A stretch of DNA of 64,000 nt from Pristiophorus japonicus (taxonomy: Eukaryota). This document shows positions 1-12,700 of the stretch, one piece after another. Where the stretch lies: positions 63,426,001-63,490,000 of the forward strand of contig NC_091985.1 of NCBI RefSeq assembly GCF_044704955.1, in the 5' to 3' direction. The notes beneath the pieces are model-generated. The model ran no database searches. It saw only the letters and a program-made list of their open reading frames with translations, and had not been told where the DNA came from. Position numbers and translations under genes: made by a program. The stretch's first letter is position 1; every line of letters starts with the position of its first letter.

Positions 1-29
1 ACTCGCCTCCATATTAAAATTCAAGCCAA

Positions 30-380
30 TGAATTCAATCAGAATTGTTGTCTGTACGTTCACCTTATAGAAAATAAAGCAATTTAATGATTTGTATCAA
101 GTCCCTTCTCACCAACTGTTCGGTTGATCTGCCTTCAGAGATGCAAAACATGTATGAAAGACATGAGTATCTAGTCCAGATCACATTCTATTGTTACATC
201 CCTAGTTTACGCTACTGTACAAGTAGATATAGGGCAGTGTGAGTCAACACCCATAAAGGTAAGATGCTCAAACCATTTAAGGGAGTGATTGACATCACTG
301 AACCCGAGAAGGATTCTAAGAAACAGCTGAATTCTTAAAAGTAGTTAAGATGCTAAATGAGATAGCATTGATGTTGTTTT
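30..380 (+). repeat. Diverged direct repeat, copy A
   Basis: Aligns with 1110-1195 plus 5132-5400. In the core, 192-311 versus 5220-5338 gives about 90/120 matches by hand count. Confidence 0.8.
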
Positions 381-396
381 TCCATAGACAATGATA

Positions 397-810
397 CATC
401 ATCAGAGGCAGTCCCTCGGAATCGAGGAAGACTTGTTTCCACTCTAAACATGAGTTCTTAGGTGGCTGTACAGTCCAATGCGAGAACCAGAGTCTCTGTC
501 ACAGGTGGGACAGATAGTCCTTGAGGGAAAGGGTGGGTGGGACTGGTTTGCCGCACGCTCTTTCCGTTGCCTGCGCTTGATTTCTGCATGCTCTTGACGA
601 TGAGACTCGAGGAGCTCAGCGCCCTCCCGGATGCACTTTCTCCACTTAGGGTGTTCTTTGGCCAGGGACTCCCAGGTATCAGTGGGGATGTTGCACTTTA
701 TCAGGGAGGCTTTGAGGATGTCATTGTAAAGTTTCCGCTGCCCACCTTTGGCTCGTTTGCCGTGAAGCAGTTCCGAGTAGAGCACTTACTTTGGGAGTCC
801 CGTGACAGGC
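397..810 (-). mobile_element. RTE-clade LINE 3' fragment
   Basis: ORF2 C-terminus LYSELLHGKRAKGGQRK...CPTCDRDSGSRIGLYSHLRTH (C2H2 finger), then a short 3' UTR ending in (TGA)n. Confidence 0.85.
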
Positions 811-1501
811 ACTTCATTAGGTTGTTTTGGCAATCAAAAAACACTTCATACACACTATGTTGTGAAATCTTTGATCCTTTTTGTCTAACAGAGGGAGATA
901 AGAAATAGAGGCAGACAGTTTTCTGAAGTATTAAGCTATGAGACAGTTAGGCTCAGCAAAGACTGAGAATAACAGGTTAGAAATGCTGATGGACAGTTAT
1001 AAGTCATCTTGTTGATGTCAAATGAAATGATCCACTGTTCTGGGGAATTTTGGCATATTTTTTAGTTTGTATTATTATGCAAAGTTAAGTTGTACTGACT
1101 GAATTAAGTGATTCCAATCATAACTACTATTCTGTATATTCACTTTATGTGAAATAAAGTAGTTGATAGATTTGTAATAAGCTTCACCTCACCAAGGGCT
1201 GGAAATTCATCAAAAACTGCTACCACCGGTTTTTCGGCGGTATTTGCGGATCTAGGTTTTTTTTGGCGCTAAAATACCGCTATGATTGAAGGCCGCTAGT
1301 TTAGTCAAACGTTGACCGGTGGTAGCGGTAACAGTTTTTTCAGCCTTACACGAATCGTTTTTTTTGGCGCCGAAAACAAACAGATCTTCTGCACATGCAC
1401 AATTTTTCTTTTTCCGATATCCCCCCTTCCCCTTAGAGTGCGCATACGCAGAAGGTCCATTTGTTTGTCATCCACTTTTGAGAGAATTTTGAAAGGAGAA
1501 G

Positions 1502-3240
1502 ATGCAGCAGGTTGAGCTCGCAAGGCCGAGGGCCAGAAAGTTTAGTTTGGATGCCCAAGAGGCACTTGTGGCAGACGTAGAAAGTAGATGGAGTGATCGA
1601 GGTAAATCTCCTACAGCCGTTGCAAGAAGTCCTCAGCAGACGACATCCAGCAATGTAGGAAGAGGTGGAATGACCTTTGCGCGTCCGCGAGAGTAATATT
1701 TTTATTCATGCACTTCTTGAGTACTTAAACTGTAAATCTGACACATGTTGCTGTAGGTAGGCTTAGTGTTGCACCTTATTTGCCATGAGTGATCTTTGCA
1801 CATTATTAAGATGGCTTTCTGAGATCTTAAAAGATGTTTCTGCACTTCAATGTCTTCCTTTTGAACCATGTGCAGCTTAATGGGCCATTAAACAGAGGAC
1901 TATATTAAATGCACAAATAAGCCTGCGCTATGTGACCAAACTCATGTCACCCTGCCCCTTCCCCTGCTTTAACCACTCGTCTGTTGTTTTCTATTTTGCA
2001 GGTGAGGAGTCACATACACCTCATGTGCTTTGATGGCTGTGTGTTTGTGCCACAAGAGCAGAAGGGCAATTTGGTTAACCATTGTTATTGTCATGTTTGC
2101 AGAAAAAGCTGGCTCACAATCGAAAAGAATAGTGACGGACAGGCGGTGGTCCAGCCAACACGTTGTCACTGACTGACGTGGAGGAACGCGTGGCAGCCCT
2201 GGTTGGTGCCCACAGAAGATCAACTACTCTTACGGGTGCTGATCCCATGACTGAAACGGAGGATAAGTCCTGCAAACTCCCCGGGCTGGATAGGGGTCAT
2301 GTAATGTCATGTAGAGTCTGTGGACTCTGGTTCAAGTAATTTCATGTAGTGTCGCTCAACGACATATAATGCAGTAGTGGTGGTCCTTCAAATAAGCCTG
2401 CGCTATGTGACCAAACTCATGTCACCCTGCCCCCTCCCCTGCTGCTAATCACTCGTCTGTTGTTTTCTATTTTGCAGATGAGGAGTCGCATACACCTCAT
2501 CGCCAGATGCAGCTTCCACCTCATTCCATCATACATGGGTCCAAGAGGAAGATGAGGATGAGGGGTGTCTAGAGGACCCATTGGAGGAACAACATGTATA
2601 ATCTGTTGCGGGGGGAGGGCATTGTCAGTGGGGTGGTGCGGCCACATCTTCCTCGGAGGAAGCCACATTTCGAGGCAGCAGGACCAAGTGGTGTGCAGCA
2701 ACATACCCAGAGGGTAGAACCCCATATGCCGTCTCTACGGAGGTTGAGTCGGCAAAGCTGGTCTGCTGAAAGACAGGCAGACGCAAACCTGGACACGGTG
2801 GGACTGTCAAGGGATAGCATCCTCCAGGCCATGGGTGGCATTTCCGACAACATCGCCTCACAATCTGAGAGATAAGCTGCGGACACATCTCACATGGTTG
2901 CTGCTGCAATCCGGGAAAACACCAAGGCTGTCAATGCCCTGCGGCAATTGACGGTCTCGACTTTGGCACTACAGCCCCCAGTGTCATACCACCCAGACCG
3001 ACAGCAGCTGTGAGTGGGAAGGCGGAACAAGAGCCTTCCGACTCAGAAGCTGGGCCTTCCATACCCAGAGCTTCTCCAGTAGATCCACACATGGCGGCTA
3101 CATCGTCTATCCCCCGACAACAGCAGCACTCTGTATGCCTTGCTGCACAACATCATGGTCCCAACACGGGTAGGGGTAGAACCAAGGGGGGGTTAAGACC
3201 AGGGACAGGGGAGGGGGGGGGGTGGGGGGGAGGTAAGAGG
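1502..3240 (+). pseudogene. Harbinger Myb/SANT (NAIF1/MSANTD-like) DNA-binding gene, intron-containing and degenerate
   Basis: N-terminus RPRARKFSLDAQEALVADVESRW is typical of the Myb/SANT-like domain. Splice acceptors tattttgcag lie near 2001 and 2477. End coordinate is approximate. Confidence 0.65.
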
Positions 3241-3529
3241 TGGCCGCATTTAAAAAGAAGTTTGGTGGGGGGGGGGGGGGGTTGTTGTGGTTGTTATGGT
3301 TATTTGATTAAAAACGTTAAAATAAAACATTTTCTTCAAATAATTTTTATTTAACTATCAAAATTAAAGTTTCAACAATGTTCAAATGTTTCAAAAATTT
3401 TACAATGTTTTATAAATCCTTTTGTTCAACTTAACCATTCTTGTGCAATGTCTCATTTTTAGAATAAGAGGGGCAATAGTCATCATGGTGGGATAGAGTG
3501 GGAAGACAAAGGTGAAACGTAACTTTCAC

Positions 3530-4661
3530 TGTTCAAGCAAAGCGTTGATTTATAAGCTGCTGACGTTAAGACTTTTGCAGTGGCGAAAGCTCCACGAGGT
3601 GGGTGGTGGCATGGGTTCATCGCTCCTTCTCCCCCCTCAGGTGGTCCAGCAGTTCGCAGTGGCAATTCCTGTCCCCTCATGATGGCTAAGTTGTGTAGCA
3701 TGCAACACATCACAATGAACTCAGCGACCTGCTGAGGGTGGTATTGAAGGCTGCCTCCAGAGTGGTCCAGGCATCGGAAGCGCTGCTTGAGCACTCCAAT
3801 TATCTTTGACGATTTTGCGTCTGGCTACATGGCTGTTATTGTAGCGATGCTCTGCTTCTGTCTGAGGGTTTCGGAGGTGGGTCATGAACCAGGTGGCGAG
3901 ACCGTAACCTTTGCTTCCCAGCTGTGGCCTCGTGGCTGACGCTCAAACAGGTCAGAGACAGTGCTTTCATACAAGATGAAAGCATCATGGATGCTCCCTG
4001 GAAACTGGACATTGACTGCCATGATACACTGCTTATGGTCGCAGACCATCTGTGCGTTCAGGGAGTGGAATCCCTTTCGGTTTCAGTAAACCTGGCTCCT
4101 GTGAAGGTGCTCGCAGGGCGATGTGCCTAGTCAATAGCACCCTGAACCTTGGGGAAGCCAGCAATTCATGCAAAACCCACAGCCCTCTCATTCTGTGCCT
4201 CCCTGGTCATTGGGAAGTTTATAAAGTCCATCCTGCGTGCGTACAGTGCAGTAGTCACCTCATGAATGCAGTGATGTTAAGCGTGCTGCGAGATGCAGCA
4301 TATGTCCCCTGCTGATGTTTGAAAGAAGCCGGAGGCATAGAAGGCAAGTGCCGCAGTCACCTTCACTTCGACGGGCAGTGCAGTCCTGTTGGTGGTGGTG
4401 GGTTGCAGGTCTGCCTTTATGAGCTGGCATATCTCTGATACCACCTCTTTTAGAAAGCGCAGCCCTCTAATGCACTGTGCCTCAGACAGGTGCAGATATG
4501 AGCGTTGTTCCCTAAAAGCTTGTTGAGGTTAAGGCCTCCTTCCCATAAGTCTGTGAGCTCTTTTGATTATGCTCATAATGCTCTTGAATAAACCTTCTTC
4601 CAGCTCTATTTTGCATAGAAAAAGTAGCCAGCATTATTGGCAGAGATATTATAGGCCCCAT
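3530..4661 (-). pseudogene. HARBI1-like DDE transposase of Harbinger 1, with stops and frameshifts
   Basis: Motifs ALPVEVKVTAALAFYASG, GFPKVQGAID, RKGFHS, PGSIHDAFIL, LGSKGY (GD(K/S)GY motif altered), [15 protein letters not shown]. Confidence 0.9.
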
Positions 4662-6536
4662 TCTTTTAAATGTCCTCAAATATCCTCAAAGGTCCTCAAA
4701 TGTGCTCAAATAGCCTTTAAAACGAACTATGAACTCACATAAAGCTCACTGTATAAAACGCAGCCTTCTCTCAAAATCCTTTTATGCACTGAACTTCTGC
4801 TCTGTTTTTATAAACGGGTGTGTCGTGGGTCCGAGCAGGTAAGACTTCAGTTTTCATGGCTGTTTTTTAGGCCAGCGGTAAAAATGGCGGTACTGACGAA
4901 ATGAACGGCAGTGGTAATTTTGGGGCATTGCGCATCAATTGATGCAATAAAAACGGTGGAAAAAAAAGGATCGGCAGTATTTTTTTTTAAACTGATGAAG
5001 TTACTGCCGGCGGTATTTCAGCGGTAAATTATTATATACGCCGAAAAATGGCAGTATTTCGGCGGTAAATTATTTTATCTACGGTAAAATAACAGGAAAT
5101 GGGCAGAAAGCTGATGAATTTCCAACCCCAAGCGTTCACTTGGTCTGCCTACAGGGGTATTAAAGAAGTACACATGTCGAAGACATGAATACTCAGTTCA
5201 GATCACACGGAGAAACGACTGTTACACCCCGAGGTTACACTATCGTAAAAATAGATATAGGATAGTGTGAGTGAACCCCCATACAAGTAAGAGCTCAGGA
5301 TGTTTACGGGAGCAACTGATGCCACTGAATTTGAGAAGGTATCTAAAGCAGCCCCGAATTTGTAACAATGTCATTGAAGGTAATGGAGCAATAGTTCAGT
5401 ATTATCCTCCTTTGAACTATCGACTGTCTTAGAGTTCTATCAATTGAGTCTTACAATGTCAGTGTGTTACAGAAGTGATCTCAATATCCTCATTTGTGTT
5501 GAGAAATAAAAAGTGTTGTCCTGCACTCGTCAGATCCTCAGTGACCAGCTTTTTGTGTAAGTCTTGCTGAACAATGTTCCCTGTAAGCTATGCTTTATTC
5601 TGCGTGGCCTGTTTCTTTTAATGATCGGTCCCTTTAAATTTCTGCACATGTGTGATATTTACAATGTAAAAGCCGGAGAGCGACCTGCACGGGACCTTTC
5701 AGATTGCTGCACAGCCGCACGTACCTTAATGGGAACAATGCTGCTGACACATAGCCAGTAACAAAACAGCAGTCTGTCACTATGATGCACATACAAGACA
5801 TTGTGTGAACTGATAATGTAGCATTGGGACCAATGTTGTTCGGGCGCAACTTTGGCTCATGTTAGAAGGTACAGAATACCAGGTGCACCCTTAAAGCTGT
5901 CCTGCTACAAAGAGGGTGAAATGGCTAGAGCAAGGCAATAATGCAAAACTGTGCCATTCATTTATACAGCTTTTGATATGCTTCTGCAGAAAGATATGAA
6001 AAGACAGCTGATCTTCTAGGATGTCATCTACCAGTACAGCGCCACAGCAGCCTGGATGGTAATGGCTTCAAGAGTAAAAGATGTCTCACTTGAGAAATGA
6101 AGCTGGAACAGGTGAGGAAGAAATTTACTGGTCTCAGGAAATTTGTACAGTAAATACTGTTTATATTTTGTGTTATTTTACAACATTGCCATACAGAGTT
6201 GGCTAAAGTGGACTGGGAAAATAGTTTGAAGGGTAAGACGGTAGAAAAGCAGTGGCAGACATTTAAGGTGATATTTCATAATTCTCAACAAAGATATAAT
6301 CCAGTGAGAAAGAAAGACTGGAAGAGAAGGGTCAACCATCCATGGCTAAATAAGGAAGTTAAGGATGGTAAAACTGAAAACAAAGGCATACAATATTGCG
6401 AAGATTAGTGGTAGGTTTGGGAAATTTTTAGAAATCGGCAAAGGACGACTAAAAAAATAATACAGAGAAGATAGATTGAGAGAGTAAACTAGCAAGAAAT
6501 ATAAAAACAGACAGTAAGAGCTTTTACAGGTATCTA

Positions 6537-7834
6537 GGGCCCAAGTTTCCACATGATTTGCGCCTGATTTTTAGGAGCAACTGGTGGAGAACGGACTATC
6601 ACAATTCTCCACATTTTTTTTTCTGCAGTTCTAGTGAGGTAGAATAATTCTACTTTAGAACAGAATTTTTTCTTCAAAAGGGGGCGTGTCCGGCCACTGA
6701 CGCCTGATTTCAAAGTTTCCACAGTGAAAACGTACTCCAAACTAAAGTAGAATGGAGCAAGTGAAGATTTTTGTAGAACTGAAAAAACCTGTTCTACACA
6801 TTAAAAAATCAGGCGCAGGTTACAAATTAGGCATCCAGAACGAGGTGGGGGGGAGGGGGGGGGGAAGGGAAGTCATTAAATTCGACAATAAATCCTTATT
6901 TCTACTTCTACAAATATTATACAAATAAATCCAACCTGAATAAACATTTATAAGCAAAGAAAAGATTAAATAAACCATCTTCCTACCTGTGTGAAAGTGC
7001 TTCAGCCATCGTTCGAAGGAAACCGCCGTTTGTTGCCGCGCAGGGGAGGGAGGGGAAGGAGACAGCGGCTTGTTGCCGCGCAGGGGAGGGTGGGGAAGGA
7101 GACAGCGGCTTGTTGCCGTGGAGGGAGGGGAGGGGAGGGGAAGGAGACAGCGGCTTGTTGCCGCGCAGGGGAGGGAGGGGAAGGAGACAGCGGCTTGTTG
7201 CCGCGCAGGGGAGGGAGGGGAAGGAGACAGCGGCTCGTTGCCACGCAGGGGAGGGAGGGGAAGGAGACAGCGGCTTGTTGTCGTGGAGGGAGGGGAAGGA
7301 GACAGCGGCTTGTTGCCGTGCAGGGAGGGGAGGGAGGGGAAGGAGACAGCGGCTTGTTGCCGTGGAGGGAGGGGAGGGAGACAGCGGCTTGTTGCCGTGG
7401 AGGGAGGGGAGGGAGACAGCGGCTTGTTGCCGCGCAGAGGAGGGAGGGGAAGGAGACAGCGGCTTGTTGCTGTGGAGGGAGGGGAGGGAGGGGAAGGAGA
7501 CAGTGAGAAGGGAAGCCTCAGTGCTGATGTCAATGTGATTTTATTAAAAAATGTTCAAAAATTAAACAGCTACAAAGAACTACAAAAATGGCCGAGTGCC
7601 AATGTTTTTTTCACACTGAGCATGCGCGAACGCTCCAACGCGCAGCGTTGCCGGCAGGAAAAAAACTAATTTAAATAGTACCCGCCCCCTCCCACTTACA
7701 AAATCGGCGCGAGTGTAGGCTCCGCCCCCCTGGGCGCCACGCCAAACAGACAAGGAGCCGCCGTTTTAGGCGTGAAAAACGAGCGCCCAGCTCGGAGGGG
7801 CGCCCGTTTTTTTATCCTGTGGAAACTTGTGCCC
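6537..7834. mobile_element. Non-autonomous Harbinger-type MITE, copy 1 (with minisatellite)
   Basis: TIRs GGGCCCAAGTTTCCACA / GGGCACAAGTTTCCACA; TSD CTA. Removing it restores CR1 YRYLKRKRVAKVN. Confidence 0.9.
7022..7503 (+). repeat. G-rich minisatellite, about 12 units of 35-45 bp (GGAGACAGCGGCTTGTTGCCGCGCAGGGGAGGGAGGGGAA)
   Basis: Directly visible tandem array. It generates the spurious repetitive ORFs at 6820-7669. Confidence 0.95.
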
Positions 7835-8009
7835 CTAAAAAGGAAGAGAGTAGCTAAAGTAAACGGTGGGCCCATTAGAGGATGAGACTGAGGAATTAAT
7901 AATGGGAAACAGGGAAATGGCAGAGACTTTGAACAAATATTTTGTATCGGTCTTCATGACAGAAGACATTAAAAGCATTGCAATAATAATAGATAATCAA
8001 GGGGCTATA

Positions 8010-9024
8010 CACAACTCAAGAGCAAGAAAGCAGCTCTACAGACATCTGAAGGCCGAGGGTCAACAAAAAACTCGCAACCTAAAGAACATACGGTTGGTGG
8101 AGAAAGTCCAGGAGATCCAGCTACTAGCCAACAACCACGACGTGCGTGGATTCCTTAACACAGTCGAGACCACCTACTGCCCAAGCACCCAAGGTCCTAC
8201 CACACTGCTGGCCAAGAACGGAGAGGTGCTCATCAAGGACAGAGAGGCAGTCAGTGCCCACTGGAAGGAGCACTTCGAAAATCTCCTCAACCGAGACTCT
8301 GTCTTCGACTCCATTCCACAGATGCTACCCGCCACCATCTCAGCAGAAAGGTGACAAGTCCGATGGTGGTAACTACAGAGGAGTTTCCCTGCTGTCGGCC
8401 AAGGAAAGTCATCGCAAGAATCTTCCTCAATCGCCTTCTCCCTGTGGCTAAAGAGCTCCTCCCAGAGTCGCAATGTGGATTCCGCCCACTAAGGGGCACA
8501 ATGGGCATGATCTTCACTACGCGGCAAATCCAAGAGAAATGCAGGGAACAGCACCAACCCTTGTACATGGCCTTCTTTGATGACACAAAGGCCTTCGACA
8601 CCGTCAACCATGAGAGATTAAGGAGCATCCTCCTCAAATTCGGCTGCCCTCAAAACTTTGTCACCACCCTCCACCTGCTTCCTGATGACATTCAAGCCGT
8701 GATCCTGATCAACGGATCCACCACAGACTCATTCCACGTTCGGACCGGGGTCAAGCAAGGCTGTATCATCGCACCAACGCTCTTCTCGATCTTCCTTGCT
8801 GCAATGCTCTATCTCACTCTCAGCAAGTTCCCCGCTGAAGTGGAGCTAATCTACAGAACAGACAGGAAACTGTTCAACCTCTGTCGCCTCCAGTCCAGAG
8901 CCAAGGTCGTCCCATCCTCAGTCATTGAATTACAATACGAAGACGATGCAAATGAGAACATGGACCTTACAATAAACATCCGTAAGACAAAGGTCCTCTA
9001 CCAACCTGACCCCGCCACCCAGTA
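8010..9024 (+). mobile_element. RTE-clade LINE internal ORF2 (RT) fragment with internal deletions
   Basis: WKEHFENLLN, NYRGVSLLS, LLPESQCGFRP.RGT..MIF..RQIQEKCREQ, TKAFDTV, TGVKQGCIIAPTLF, YEDD. Confidence 0.88.
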
Positions 9025-9776
9025 GATAGGGAGGGGGGAACTTAAAACAATCACTATCACTAGAGAAAAAGTACTCTGCAAAATAATGGAACTAAAGGTG
9101 GACGTCCCCTGGACCTGATGGCCTGCATCCTAGGGGCTTAAAAGAGGTGGTTGCAGAAATAGTGGATGCATTGGTTGTAATCTACCAAAATTCCCTGGTA
9201 GAGGGAGAGGTCCCAGCGGATTGGAAAACCGTAAATGTAATGCCCCTATTCAAGAAGGGAGTGAGACAGAAAGCAGAAAACTATAGACCAGTTAGCCTAA
9301 CATCCGTCATTGGGAAAATGCTGGAGTCCATTATTCAGGAAGTAGTAGCAGGACATTTAGAAAATCACAATACAATCAAGCAGAGTCAGCATGGTTTTAT
9401 GAAAGGGAAATCATGTTTGACAAATTTGCTGGAGTTCTTTTGAGGATGTAACGAGCAGGGTGGATAAAGGGAAATCAGTAGATGTGTATTTGGATTTCCA
9501 GAAGACATTCGATAAGGTGCCACTTAAAAGGTTACTGCACAAGATAAGAGCTCACAGGGGTTGGGGTTAATATATTAGCATGGAGAGAGGATTGACTAAC
9601 TAACAAAAAACAGGGAGTTGGGATAAATGGGTCATTTTCAGTTGGCAAACTGTAACTAGTGGGGTGCCACAGGAATCAATCAGTGCGGGGGCCTCAACTA
9701 TTTACAATCTATATTATTGACATGGATGAAGGGACCACGTGTAATGTAGCCAAATTTGCTGATCATACAAAGATAG

Positions 9777-12700
9777 AATCATAGAAAATTATAGAAATTT
9801 ACAGCACAGAAGGAGGCCATTTCGGCAGATCGTGTCCGCGCCGGCCAACCAAGAGCTATCCAGCCTAATCCCACTTTCCAGCTCTTTGTCGATAGCCCTG
9901 TAGGTTACGGCACTTTAAGTGCACATCCAAGTACTTTTTAAATGTGGTGAGGGTTTCTGCCTCTACCACCCTTTCAGGCAGTGAGTTCCAGACCACCACC
10001 ACCCTCTGGATGAAGAAATTTCCCCTCATAGCTCCTCTAAACCTCCCCCCAATTACTTTAAATCTATGCCCCCTGGATGTTCATCCCTCTGCCAAGGGAA
10101 ACAGGTCTTTCCTATCCACTCGATCCAGGCCCCTCATAATTTTACACACCTCAATCAGGTCTCCCATTAGTCTCCTGTAATTACTCAGTCTATCCCTTTC
10201 TCCTTTCTTAAACAAAGGTACAGCATTTACAGTCCTCCAGTCCTCTGGCACCACACCTGTAGCCAGAGAGGATTGGAACATGATGGTCAGAACCTCTGCT
10301 GTTTCCTCTTTTGCTTCTTTTATCAACCTGGAATACATTTCATCCAGGCCTGGGGATTTATCCACTTTCAAAGCTGCTAAGCTCCTTAATACTTCCTCTC
10401 ACTAAGTTTTTCTTGTCTAATATTTCACACTCCTCCTCCTTCATTGCAAAGTTTGCATCGCCCCTGTCTTTTGTGAAAACGGATGCAAAGTATTCATTAA
10501 GAATCATACCCACGTCTTCTGACTCCACACACAGATTTTCTATATGGTCTCTAATAGGCCCCACTCTTTCTCTAGTTGTCCTCTTGCTCTTAATGTATTT
10601 ATAAAACATCTTTGGGTTTTCCCTGATTTTAATTGCCAACATTCTTTCATGCTCTCTCTTTACTTTCCTGATAATCTTTTTTTTAAATTGTGCCCATGCA
10701 CTTCTTATACTCCTCTAGAGTTTCTGCAGTGTTGAGTTCTCGGTATCTGTCATAAACTTCCCTTTTTTTCTTTACCTTATCCTGTATGTCCCTTGGCACC
10801 CTTGGGGCTCTAGATTTATTTGCCCATCCCTTTTTTTTTTAAAAAGGGAACATACTTGCTTTGTACCCTCAGTATCTCCTCCTTGAATGTCTCTCACTGC
10901 TCTGACACTGATTTACCATTAAGTAGCCGTTTCCAGTCCACTTTGGACAAATCCCTTCTCAGCTCAGTAAAATTGGCTTTATTCCTGGTCCCCCTTTGTC
11001 CTTTTCCATAATGACCCTAAATCCGACTGAATTATGATCACTAGCACAAATATGCTATCCCACTGATACCCCTTCCACCTACCCCTCTTCCTTCCCCAAA
11101 ACCAAGTCCAGAACTGCCCCCCTCTCTTGTTGGGCTTGTTGCTATTGGCTAAGAAGTTCTTCTGAATGCATTTTAGGAATTCCGCATCCTCTGTACCATT
11201 CACACTACCTTTTTCCCAGTTAATATTGGGGTAGTTGAAATCCCCCACTTTTACAGCTCTATAGTTTTTGTACGTCGCAGCAATTTGCCCACATATTTGT
11301 TCTTCTATCTTCCTCTGACTGCTTGGGGGTCTATAGTACACTCCCAGTAGTGTGATCGCCCCTTTTTTGTTCTTTAATTCAACACATATGGCCTTGTTTG
11401 ATGAACCCTCTAACATATCATCCCTTCTCACAGCTTTAATTGTTTCTTTAATCAATACTGCGACCCCTCCCACCCCCCTCCTTTTTTACCCCTCTCTCTA
11501 TCCCGTCAGAAAACCCGGTAACCAGGAATATTGAGCTGCCATACCTGCCCTTCTTTTAGCCATGTCTCAGTAAGTTATAATATCGTACTCCCAAGTATCA
11601 ATCTGTGCTCTCAGCTCATCTGCCTTATTTCCTATACACCATGCATTGAAGTATATACCATTTAGTATTGACAAACTCCCCTGTTGTTTATTTTCCAGCC
11701 CTTATTTCCTGTATCTTCCAAATTCATGTTCTACTTCTACTTCTCTGCTGCCCAATTCCAGCTTTGCTTCTATCCCCACTGAATCTATTCTCCGGTTCCC
11801 ATCCCCCTGCCAAGCTAGTTTAAACTCTCCCCAACAGCACCAGCAAAAACCTCCCACGAGGATACTGATCCCAGCTCTGTTGAGGTGCAACCTGTCCAGC
11901 TTGTACTAGTTCCACCTCCCCCAGAAAGGGTCCCAATGCCTCAGGAATCTAAAGCCCTCCTGTCTGCACCAACTCTCCAGCCACTCATTCATCTTCTCTA
12001 TCCTCCTATTTCTGTACTCACTAGCATGTGGTACCAGCAGTAATCCAGAGATGACTACCTTTGCGGTCTTGCTTTTTAATCTCTCTCCTAGCTCCCTAAA
12101 CTCTGCCTGCAGGATCTCATCCCTCTTTCTACCTATGTCATTGGTACCAATATGGACCACAACCTCTGGCTGTTCACCCCCCCCCCCCCCCCCCCCAGAG
12201 TGTCTTGCAGCCGCTCGGTGTCATCCTTGACCCTGGCACAAGGGAGGCAACATACCATCCTGGAGTCAAGTCTAAGGCTGCAGAAACGCCGATCTGCTCC
12301 CGACTATTGAATCCCCTACTACTATTGCTCTTCCATTCTTCTTCCTCCACCCCCCCATACCCCCCGTGCAGCTGAGCTACCTGTGGTGCCATGGACTTGG
12401 CTCTGGCTGCACTTCCCAGAGGCACCATCGCCTTCACCAGTACTCAGAACAGAATATTGGTTGGAGAACGAGATGGACTTGGGGACTCCTGTACTACCTG
12501 CCTAGTACTCCTCTTCTGTCTGGTGGTCACCCACTTCCTCTCTGCCTGCACACTCTTAAGCTGCAGGGTGACCACCTCTAGAAGTGTGCTATCCACAAAA
12601 TTCTCAGTCTCGCGGATGCACCGCATTGACTCCAGCCACCGCTCAAGCTCCGAAATGCGGAGCTCAAGTTGATGCAGCTGGAGACACTTCCTGCACACAT

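Larger units (their letters stand above)
1196..5128. mobile_element. Full-length degenerate PIF/Harbinger transposon 1
   Basis: TIRs GGGCTGGAAATTCATCA / GGGTTGGAAATTCATCA (16/17). 3-bp TSD CAA at 1193-1195 and 5129-5131. Two convergent genes inside. Confidence 0.92.

Noticed and set aside
3530-4661. Domesticated HARBI1 gene
   Set aside because: It has stops and frameshifts, an altered GDKGY motif, and lies within TIRs with a TSD.
6531-6740. Near-identical small ORFs at 6534-6740 and 19110-19400 as a gene pair
   Set aside because: Both are the same MITE arm translated.
6820-7669. Long overlapping ORFs of 142-237 aa
   Set aside because: They are translations of the G-rich minisatellite inside a MITE.
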